A stretch of 64,000 bases of DNA from an uncultured Spirochaetales bacterium. GTDB taxonomy: Bacteria; Spirochaetota; Spirochaetia; SPDA01; CAZJBZ01. Numbering within the stretch: the first letter of the stretch is position 1; each line of letters opens with the position of its first letter. A program made the translations under genes and the position numbers. The notes below the pieces were generated by a model. The model was not told the origin of the DNA and made no database searches. It was given only the letters and a program-made list of their open reading frames with translations. This document shows positions 57,424 to 64,000 of this stretch, piece after piece. The DNA lies in assembly GCA_964594055.1 (NCBI GenBank), contig CAZQKT010000001.1, positions 11,577 to 75,576 of the forward strand, written 5' to 3'.

Positions 57424-58515
57424 ATGGCACAACTTTATGGAAAAACATGGACGAAAAAAGAACTGCTTTCTTACTGCGGTGATGTATCTCAGGCTGGAGG
57501 ATTAACACCGTTTTCCTACACAGACGGAAGAGCAAAGGGTGTCGACGGTGTGCGCTTCGATACCGGCAGCGGTTTTGCGTTTACTGTTTTACCGGGCAGA
57601 GGTATGGACATCCCCGAGGCGACCTACTGCGGTATTCCCTTAACTGTAAAATCAGCTAACGGAGTTACTGCTCCGGAGTTTTTCGAGCCGGAAGGATTGG
57701 GGTGGCTCCGCAGTTTTTTCGTAGGTCTTTTAACCACCTGCGGCCTGCGCAATGCAGGGCCTCCCCATGAGGACGAAGGGGAAGCTCTCGGCATCCACGG
57801 AAGGATATCCAATACTCCCGCTGAAAACATCTCTGTTGACCAGAAGTGGGAGGGAGACGAGTATGTGATGCAGGTAAAAGGGAGTCTTAAAGAGACGAAG
57901 TTTTTCGGAGAAAATCTCCTGCTTACCCGTACGATCGAATCTCAATTAGGGTGGAAAAGATTTGCTCTCCACGATGTAATCGAGAACCGCGGGTTCGAGT
58001 CCGAACCGCTTATGCTTCTCTATCATTTCAATATCGGATATCCGCTGTTGAGTCCACAGTCCCGGATCGTCGCACCTATCGAAAAGACTGAGCCGAGGGA
58101 CGCGGATGCAGAAAAAGACGACGGTATTAAAAACTGTCTCCGGTTTGATACCCCCTACGAACAGTACAACGAGAAGGTGTTTTTCCACACCCTGCACAAC
58201 GGGAAGGAGGGAAAGAGCTTTGTTGCGATCGTAAATGATGATATCGGAGAAGGGCAGCCGTTAGGACTTGTCATCAGATTTAACCGGAACCAGCTGCCCG
58301 ATCTTGTGGAGTGGAAGATGATGAAACGGGGGACCTACGTACTCGGTCTCGAACCGTGCAATACTGTACCACTCGGACGGGCGACAAACCGTGAAAAGGG
58401 TATATTACCGGAGATAGCAGGACAGGATTCGGTTTCGGTGGATATAGAAGTGGAAGTCCTCGATACGAAGGCAGATTTTGATAGAATCGAAAAAGAAGCC
58501 GCTTCGTTACAATAG
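57424..58515 (+). CDS. Aldose-1-epimerase-like (DUF4432-type) protein
   Basis: 363 aa, beta-rich and cytoplasmic. The N-terminal pattern GVDGVRFDTGSGFAFTVLPGRGMDI is typical of galactose-mutarotase-like superfamily members in sugar operons. Tentative. Confidence 0.35.
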   Translation: MAQLYGKTWTKKELLSYCGDVSQAGGLTPFSYTDGRAKGVDGVRFDTGSGFAFTVLPGRGMDIPEATYCGIPLTVKSANGVTAPEFFEPEGLGWLRSFFVGLLTTCGLRNAGPPHEDEGEALGIHGRISNTPAENISVDQKWEGDEYVMQVKGSLKETKFFGENLLLTRTIESQLGWKRFALHDVIENRGFESEPLMLLYHFNIGYPLLSPQSRIVAPIEKTEPRDADAEKDDGIKNCLRFDTPYEQYNEKVFFHTLHNGKEGKSFVAIVNDDIGEGQPLGLVIRFNRNQLPDLVEWKMMKRGTYVLGLEPCNTVPLGRATNREKGILPEIAGQDSVSVDIEVEVLDTKADFDRIEKEAASLQ

Positions 58516-58521
58516 AGAATT

Positions 58522-59121
58522 ATGGAATATAGAGAAATCGGGAGTACCGGGCTTAAAGCATCCCGGATCGGATTAGGTGGATTTGCCTTTGCGATATGCA
58601 GGCAGAAGGAAGTAGAACGTTCGGTAGACCGGGCCTTCGAGCTGGGGATCAACTATTTTGATTCGGCCCGGCTCTACGGCACGGAGGGTAAAATTGGAAA
58701 AGCGCTTAAAACCGGACGGTTCGACCTCGCTTACGGCCGTTATAATCCCACGACACGGCAAAATGAGGATTCGGTCATCCCCCTTGCTGCAAAACTGAAG
58801 AAAGGGTTTATAACCATAAGTGCGCTTGCATGGGGGATCTACAGCGTCCCTGTCGAACATCACCCCTTTTTTGTCGGAGGCCGCCGTATGCCGGCTGCCG
58901 TAGCGTCGTTTCGGTATGTTCTCTCTAATCCGGATGTACATGTGGTCCTCGCCGGGGTAAGAAGCCCCGAAGAGCTCGACGAGCTCGTCGAGACGGAAGC
59001 ACTCCCTCCGCTCACTGAAGAGGAGAAGGCGCAAATCATCTACCACAGTGAACGGTTGGGAAGGGGTGCACCGAGTGCGGAATATGTGAAAAACGGTGTC
59101 CGTTCGATCTGCCCATCATAG
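58522..59121 (+). pseudogene. Aldo/keto-reductase-like ORF lacking the central catalytic barrel (internally deleted AKR)
   Basis: 199 aa. AKR N-terminus (MEYREIGSTGLKASRIGLGGFAF...GINYFDSARLYGTEGKIGKAL) joins directly to AKR C-terminal helices (AAVASFRYVLSNPDVHVVLAGVRSPEELDELV). About 110-130 residues, including the Lys/His of the catalytic tetrad, are missing relative to the two full-length AKRs in this window. Confidence 0.4.
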
Positions 59122-59188
59122 AGACCCTGAAAGAGGTCGATACAAAGGCGGAGGCGATACGGCATCCGACCTATCAGGACGAATACGA

Positions 59189-60913
59189 TTGAGCCGGATT
59201 GAGAAGCACACCGGAACATGGTGGAAGGCCACAACAGTATACCAAGTGTATCCCCGATCGTTTCAAGACAGCAACAGCGACGGAATCGGAGATATAAAAG
59301 GGATTATTTCCAGGCTCGATTACATCAAAGCTCTCGGGTTCGAGACCATCTGGTTCTCTCCGTTTTTCGCCGGTCCTCAGGGGGATTTCGGATACGATAT
59401 AAGTGATTACACCTCCATTGCTCCCGAATATGGAGATATAGAGAGTGCGCAGCGGCTCATCGATGAAATCCACTCCCGAGAGATGAAAATTATCCTCGAT
59501 ATGGTGATGAACCACACCAGTGAGAGGCACCCCTGGTTCCTCGAGTCGTGCGGTTCCCGGGAAAACCCCAAACGGGACTGGTACATCTGGCGGGACGGGA
59601 GGAAACCGGGCGGACAGGCCCCCCCGAACAACTGGAAGTCGGTTGTTGCCGGCAGGGGCTGGCACTATCACCGGGAAACGGACCAGTGGTACTGGGCGTC
59701 ATTCTTGCCGTTTCAGCCCGACCTCAACTATCGAAACCCCGCGGTCAAGCAGACGATGCTCGATATCGTACGGTTTTGGCTCCAAAAAGGGGCCGACGGG
59801 TTCCGTCTGGACATATTCGATGCTCTTTTCAAAGATGCTGAGTTTAGAAATAATCCTGTGGGATTGCCGATAAACAGGAATCCTGAAAACGAATCGCTTT
59901 TTTCCCAGAAACGGACCATGACTTGCCACCACCCCGACACTTTTGTCTTTGCCCGAGAGCTTAGGGAAGTCGTCGACGAATATAACGATCCTCCCCGGTT
60001 TCTAATAGGTGAGGTCTCCGGTACCTACGAGGTACTGCGGGAGTACTGCGGCGGGGAAGAACCGGAGGGGCTCCATGCTGTGTTCCTCTTTAAAGCACTT
60101 TCTGCTCAGATGAAAGCCGATGTATTTAGGACCCTGATAAAAGAGTTCGAAGAGCATTTTCCCGACCCTTTTGTGCCGACCTGGGTGTTTTCCAACCACG
60201 ATCGGGTAAGGCGGTTTTCCTTTTTAGGAGAGGACGCGGACGCGGCAAAACTCAATGCCGCTCTGCAGTTTACCGCCAGGGGTATCCCTTTTACCTATTA
60301 CGGAGAGGAGATCGGGATGGCTCAGTTGGAGATCCCCTTCGAAGAGGCCCTCGACCCGGTGGCCCGCCGTTTCTCCCGCCTGCCCCGGTTCCTCACCGCC
60401 CTGCTAAACAAGGTGACCCACGGAGCAGCCAACCGGGACGGGTGCAGGACCCCCATGCAGTGGAACGACAGTCCCCATGGAGGGTTCTGTACCGAAGCTG
60501 CCGACCCCTGGCTACCGGTCCATCCCAATTATCTATCCAAAAATGTCAACGCGGGGAAGTTAGGGCCCGATTCCCTCTACAACTGTTACCGCCGTTTTTT
60601 AAAGGCGCGGAAAGAAAACCCCGCACTGCAGACCGGAGAGCTCGAACTGATACCGGAAGAAAAGCTCCCTAAATCGGTACTCGGCTACAAGAGGTTTCTA
60701 CGAAATGATCCGGAACAGTTTTTTGTATTTCTCAATTTTTCCCGAGATTCACAAAACATTTCGTTTGCGCTTCAAAACCCGGAGCTAATTGTTTCAACTA
60801 GTGCGAACAAGAAAAGTTCGATTGTGAAAAAAGGGCAGGGTAGTGTCGCGTTTTCTCTCGGACCGTACGAAGGGGCTGTCATCCGGGAAGGCAACCGAGA
60901 AACGATATCCTAA
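59189..60913 (+). CDS. GH13 alpha-glucosidase (oligo-1,6-glucosidase / trehalose-6-P hydrolase-like)
   Basis: WWKATTVYQVYPRSFQDSNSDGIGDIKGI...GFETIWFSPFF...DMVMNHTS...GFRLD...YGEEIGM are canonical GH13 subfamily motifs. The ORF opens at GTG 59096; I chose TTG 59189 (AGGA 8 nt upstream) because homologues start just before WWK. Start uncertain. Confidence 0.75.
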   Translation: MSRIEKHTGTWWKATTVYQVYPRSFQDSNSDGIGDIKGIISRLDYIKALGFETIWFSPFFAGPQGDFGYDISDYTSIAPEYGDIESAQRLIDEIHSREMKIILDMVMNHTSERHPWFLESCGSRENPKRDWYIWRDGRKPGGQAPPNNWKSVVAGRGWHYHRETDQWYWASFLPFQPDLNYRNPAVKQTMLDIVRFWLQKGADGFRLDIFDALFKDAEFRNNPVGLPINRNPENESLFSQKRTMTCHHPDTFVFARELREVVDEYNDPPRFLIGEVSGTYEVLREYCGGEEPEGLHAVFLFKALSAQMKADVFRTLIKEFEEHFPDPFVPTWVFSNHDRVRRFSFLGEDADAAKLNAALQFTARGIPFTYYGEEIGMAQLEIPFEEALDPVARRFSRLPRFLTALLNKVTHGAANRDGCRTPMQWNDSPHGGFCTEAADPWLPVHPNYLSKNVNAGKLGPDSLYNCYRRFLKARKENPALQTGELELIPEEKLPKSVLGYKRFLRNDPEQFFVFLNFSRDSQNISFALQNPELIVSTSANKKSSIVKKGQGSVAFSLGPYEGAVIREGNRETIS

Positions 60914-60975
60914 CCGGTTCAATACCGATACGCATCGATAGTGTCGAACATGGCAAGAACATTCTCGAGATGTCA

Positions 60976-62022
60976 TTATCCTGCGCGCTCCTTATCACCG
61001 GTAAACCGCCTGCATGTCCCGCGCTCCACGAGCTGCTGCTTGATTTTGAGAACATGGATGTCCTCCGACTGCTGTTTGAGCCGGTTCATAAGCAGTTCAC
61101 CGGTTATCCGCCCCATAAGGGACGTGTTGATTTTAAGGGTCGTGATCTGCGGTGTGTGGCGCATATTGTAATCGAGCACATCCCCGGGGGCGATGACGGA
61201 GACATCTTCAGGAACTCTGATACCTAACTCTTTGAACACTTCGAGTACGTGTGCTGCCAACTCATCATCTAAGAAAAAGGCCGCGGTTGGACGGTCCTTT
61301 AGTGAAAAGAGGTGGCGTATATGTTTTAATGAGCTTCCTTCGTTGTCAAGGTCGATTTTAATAATATAATCGGACGGCAGAGGGAGTTTGTATTCGTCGA
61401 TTGCTTTTTTAAAGCCGATAAACCGGTCTGTTACTAAAGCGGGGAGGTCGGGCCGCTCGCAGTAGATATAGGCAATGTTCCTATGGCCTAAGTTGATAAG
61501 ATGGAGCGCTCCTTCATAGGAGCCTTGATAATCATCAACACACACACTGTAGTAGCGGTCTTGAAAGTTGTTGTTCATTACGAGTACGACAGGTATGCCG
61601 ATCGCTTCGAGGTTGTCGAACAGTTCGGGATTTCCGTAGTGAAGCGATATAATGGCCCCCGCTTTCGAATCGGAGATCTTTTTCAGGAACATCTCTGTTT
61701 CGAACTGTCTCGAGATAGGGACGAGAATTAGGTTGTACCCGTTTGCCTTGGAGATGATGTCAATTTCTTCGATAAACGGGCGGACAAATCCCCAGATAAA
61801 GGCCCATTCATAGTCGATATTCATCAAAATTGCGATGTTTATAAATTTGGTTTCCCGGCTCTTCGGCTGACGTATTTTCCTTTTATACCCGAGTTCTTCC
61901 ACCGCGCGGAACACGTTCTCTCTTGTACTCTCGGAGATTCTTCCTTTTCCGGAAAGTACTAAAGATGCTGTGGTAATAGACACACCTGCTGCTGCTGCTA
62001 CATCTTCAAGTTTTTTAGACAT
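60976..62022 (-). CDS. LacI-family transcriptional regulator
   Basis: 348 aa. N-terminal HTH (KLEDVAAAAGVSITTASLVLSGKGRISESTRENVFRAVEELGY) plus a periplasmic-binding-protein-like sugar domain. Confidence 0.85.
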   Translation of the reverse strand: MSKKLEDVAAAAGVSITTASLVLSGKGRISESTRENVFRAVEELGYKRKIRQPKSRETKFINIAILMNIDYEWAFIWGFVRPFIEEIDIISKANGYNLILVPISRQFETEMFLKKISDSKAGAIISLHYGNPELFDNLEAIGIPVVLVMNNNFQDRYYSVCVDDYQGSYEGALHLINLGHRNIAYIYCERPDLPALVTDRFIGFKKAIDEYKLPLPSDYIIKIDLDNEGSSLKHIRHLFSLKDRPTAAFFLDDELAAHVLEVFKELGIRVPEDVSVIAPGDVLDYNMRHTPQITTLKINTSLMGRITGELLMNRLKQQSEDIHVLKIKQQLVERGTCRRFTGDKERAG

Positions 62023-62053
62023 TTCACTTTTTACCTGATAAAATAATATAAAT

Positions 62054-62081
62054 ATTTTACCACGGACACACCAGGTGTCAA
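62054..62081 (-). promoter_or_regulatory. Sigma70-type promoter for lacI-family gene (TTGACA-N16-TAAAAT on minus strand)
   Basis: Minus-strand -35 is the complement of 62076-62081 and the -10 the complement of 62054-62059, ~30 nt upstream of the ATG at 62022. Confidence 0.4.
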
Positions 62082-62218
62082 GCTAATTATTGATAATACC
62101 TGGTAATTTTTTACTGTTTTTCCCGATGAATATCCCAATTTATCGTTATAATATACAATTGTAGGGTTTTAATTGCTAAAATAATGCAAAAATAGTAGGT
62201 AAAATTAAATAAAAAAAC

Positions 62219-62246
62219 TTGACACCGCATCAGACCATGGTACAAT
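62219..62246 (+). promoter_or_regulatory. Consensus sigma70 promoter TTGACA-N16-TACAAT driving rhaM/URO-D-like genes
   Basis: TTGACA at 62219-62224 and TACAAT at 62241-62246 read directly, ~38 nt upstream of the rhaM ATG, which has a GGGGGA RBS. Confidence 0.5.
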
Positions 62247-62284
62247 TGATTATTATTAATTTTTGGAATCAAGGGGGATGGAAC

Positions 62285-62608
62285 ATGGTTCGTCACGGAC
62301 AGCTTATTGGTCTGAAACCGGAGAAACTCGACGAGTACAAAAAATATCATGCAAACATTTGGCCGGAAGTGTCGGCACAGATCAAAGCGTGCAATATCCA
62401 AAACTATTCTATCTTTCACAAAGACGGACAACTTTTTGCTTATTTCGAATATGTAGGTGATGATTTCGAAGCGGATATGGCCAAGATGGCGGCACATCCG
62501 AAGACACAGGAGTGGTGGGATGTAATGATGCCCATGCAGGTCCCCGTAGAAAACAGAAACGAAGGCGAATGGTGGGCGGAACTCGAAGAAGTGTTCCACC
62601 TCGACTAA
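62285..62608 (+). CDS. rhaM: L-rhamnose mutarotase
   Basis: 107 aa from the ATG at 62285. KPEKLDEYKKYHANIWPEVSAQIKACNIQNYSIFHKDGQLFAYFEY...WWDVMMPMQ...EVFHLD parallels E. coli RhaM (..EEYQRRHNPIWPEL...HNYAIYLD...WWKYMTDVMP...EVFYLP). The ORF opens further upstream (62219), but that segment overlaps the promoter. Confidence 0.7.
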   Translation: MVRHGQLIGLKPEKLDEYKKYHANIWPEVSAQIKACNIQNYSIFHKDGQLFAYFEYVGDDFEADMAKMAAHPKTQEWWDVMMPMQVPVENRNEGEWWAELEEVFHLD

Positions 62609-62638
62609 GCGAACTCGGCCAAGTTACACGGAGAAGAT

Positions 62639-63808
62639 ATGGAAAGAACGGAAAATTGTCTGAAAAAACGGGATAGAATGAACAAGACACTCCGCCACGA
62701 AGAACCGGACAGGGTGCCTGTCAGTGATTTCTTTTGGGGTGGGTTTCTCAGCAGGTGGAAGGAAGAGTTAGGCCTGCCGGCAGATACCGATATTTATAGG
62801 TATTACGACCTCGACTATATCGTTACCGTTCCTAATATGGACCCGCATATCAAACAGTTTGAGATTGTAAGTGAAAATGAAGAGGAAGTGACGGTAAGAA
62901 CAGGCTACGAGGCAATTATCCGGAAAGTATATGCAGACCCCATGCCCCGATTTCTCGAGTTCGAAACCAACACGATCGAGAAAATGAAAAACTTCCGCTT
63001 CGATGATCCCTGGGATGACCGCAGGTTTTTTAAAGGCGGCGACAATCAGATCGGCGGGGTGGGAGACGGATTTGCTCGGGACCTGCCTGCCTGGATCGAT
63101 ACAATCAAGGCGCTTTATCCCGCCCTTCCTGTGTACGGAAGTATTTGCGAAGGGCACGAGCAGCTGTGGCGGATTATCGGTTCGGAGAATGTTATGCTGT
63201 GGATCGGCCTCTACCCCGAAGAGCTCGGAGAGTTTGTCCGCAGAGTGGGAGATTTCGTAATCGAGCTTACAAAGGCGCAGATAAAAGCGGCGGACGGCCT
63301 GCTCGACGGGATGTACATCTGGGGAGATGTTGCCTACGTAAATGGAATGCTGTTTTCCCCGGACTACTGGCGTACCTATTTTAAACCGATTGTCAAAGCC
63401 CAGACCGAAGTGTGCCGCGCTGCCGGAATTCCGGTCGTGTATCATGGGTGCGGAAATGCAACTGAGATTTTCGACGATTATATCGATATCGGAATAAACG
63501 CGTATAATCCGCTGGAGGCGAAATCCGGACTTGATGTCGTGGACCTGCGGCGGAAGTTCGGACACAGACTGGGATTGTGCGGGAATATGGACGCGTTGGC
63601 CTGGGCAAATGATCCGATGGAAGACTTAAAGAAACAAGTACTCACCAAACTGAATGCGGCAAAAGGGGGAGGGTATATCTTTCAGTCCGACCATTCCGTC
63701 CCGAGCAATATCTCAGCCGAACGGTATGAGTATGTCATTAATCTCGTCCGCGAGAATGGCACCTATCCGCTGCAGCTCGGGGAGTACGATATTCCGGAGA
63801 TTAGCTGA
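62639..63808 (+). CDS. Uroporphyrinogen-decarboxylase (URO-D) family protein (non-haem, MtaA/methyltransferase-like clade)
   Basis: 389 aa. The N-terminal LRHEEPDRVPVSDFFWGGF and TIM-barrel pattern are typical of URO-D-like proteins encoded in sugar/methyl-transfer operons. Confidence 0.65.
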   Translation: MERTENCLKKRDRMNKTLRHEEPDRVPVSDFFWGGFLSRWKEELGLPADTDIYRYYDLDYIVTVPNMDPHIKQFEIVSENEEEVTVRTGYEAIIRKVYADPMPRFLEFETNTIEKMKNFRFDDPWDDRRFFKGGDNQIGGVGDGFARDLPAWIDTIKALYPALPVYGSICEGHEQLWRIIGSENVMLWIGLYPEELGEFVRRVGDFVIELTKAQIKAADGLLDGMYIWGDVAYVNGMLFSPDYWRTYFKPIVKAQTEVCRAAGIPVVYHGCGNATEIFDDYIDIGINAYNPLEAKSGLDVVDLRRKFGHRLGLCGNMDALAWANDPMEDLKKQVLTKLNAAKGGGYIFQSDHSVPSNISAERYEYVINLVRENGTYPLQLGEYDIPEIS

Positions 63809-63831
63809 GCGTGGAATGAAAATGATTGACA

Positions 63832-64000
63832 ATGGAGGAGCGATTGACACCGCGTGAGAGGGTAATAGCGGCTATCGAGCATCGGGAACCGGACAAAGTC
63901 CCGGTCGATTTAGGTGCCACCCCGAGTTCGGGAATTTCTGCAATTGGATATAATAATCTTAAAAAGTATCTGGGCATCGAAAACGGAAATACCCGTATCT
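63832..64000 (+). CDS. Second URO-D family protein (3' end outside window)
   Basis: ATG at 63832: MEERLTPRERVIAAIEHREPDKVPVDLGATPSSGISAIGYNNLKKYLG... carries the same N-terminal EPDxVPV motif. Truncated by the window edge. Confidence 0.5.
   Translation, partial: MEERLTPRERVIAAIEHREPDKVPVDLGATPSSGISAIGYNNLKKYLGIENGNTRI

Noticed and set aside
59096-59188. GTG start at 59096 for the GH13 glucosidase
   Set aside because: Homologous enzymes begin a few residues before the WWK..VYQVYPRSF motif. The extra 31 residues (MSVRSAHHRDPERG...) look non-native and overlap the preceding ORF. TTG 59189 with an AGGA Shine-Dalgarno is more plausible, though unproven.
1-64000. CRISPR arrays, tRNA/rRNA genes, insertion sequences, integrases
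   Set aside because: No periodic repeat-spacer structure was seen. The only tandem repeats are two-copy 10-17-mers in promoters. Intergenic regions are short (<250 nt) and none shows tRNA cloverleaf-like conserved arms. No ORF shows transposase (DDE) or tyrosine recombinase motifs.

Overview
This 64 kb window is a gene-dense bacterial chromosomal segment of about 60 CDSs with mixed strands. I found no rRNA or tRNA genes, no CRISPR array and no obvious transposase or integrase. The 5' part carries housekeeping and envelope genes: ilvY-like LysR regulator divergent from ilvC, a MATE transporter, ribA, an LtaS-like protein, a CDP-alcohol phosphatidyltransferase and a GT1 glycosyltransferase. The middle holds a carotenoid cluster of phytoene desaturase, GT2 glycosyltransferase, CrtO/CruD-like acyltransferase, phytoene/squalene synthase and a membrane protein, with a polyprenyl synthase opposite. 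Next is a three-gene operon of a membrane polysaccharide-deacetylase fusion plus two complementary class III nucleotide-cyclase homologues. It is followed by a MEDS-PAS-LuxR / REC-PAS regulatory operon and then a chemotaxis operon of MCP, CheY, CheA and a metallophosphoesterase. The 3' third is a sugar/polyol catabolic island under DeoR and LacI regulators. It contains a PfkB kinase, mannitol-DH family, D-lyxose-isomerase-like cupin, PDH-like E2 plus fused E1 alpha-beta, SDR, MDR, GH13 glucosidase, RhaM mutarotase and URO-D-like proteins. Gene content (several MCPs, CheA with a CheW domain, a carotenoid-glycoside pathway) would fit a free-living spirochaete-like organism, but taxonomy cannot be proven from the sequence alone. 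The candidates I rate highest are (i) a tandem MshEN-type c-di-GMP-binding motif embedded in CheA and (ii) the two-gene cyclase pair whose catalytic residues look split between the subunits. All calls come from reading the ORF translations; no database search was possible.
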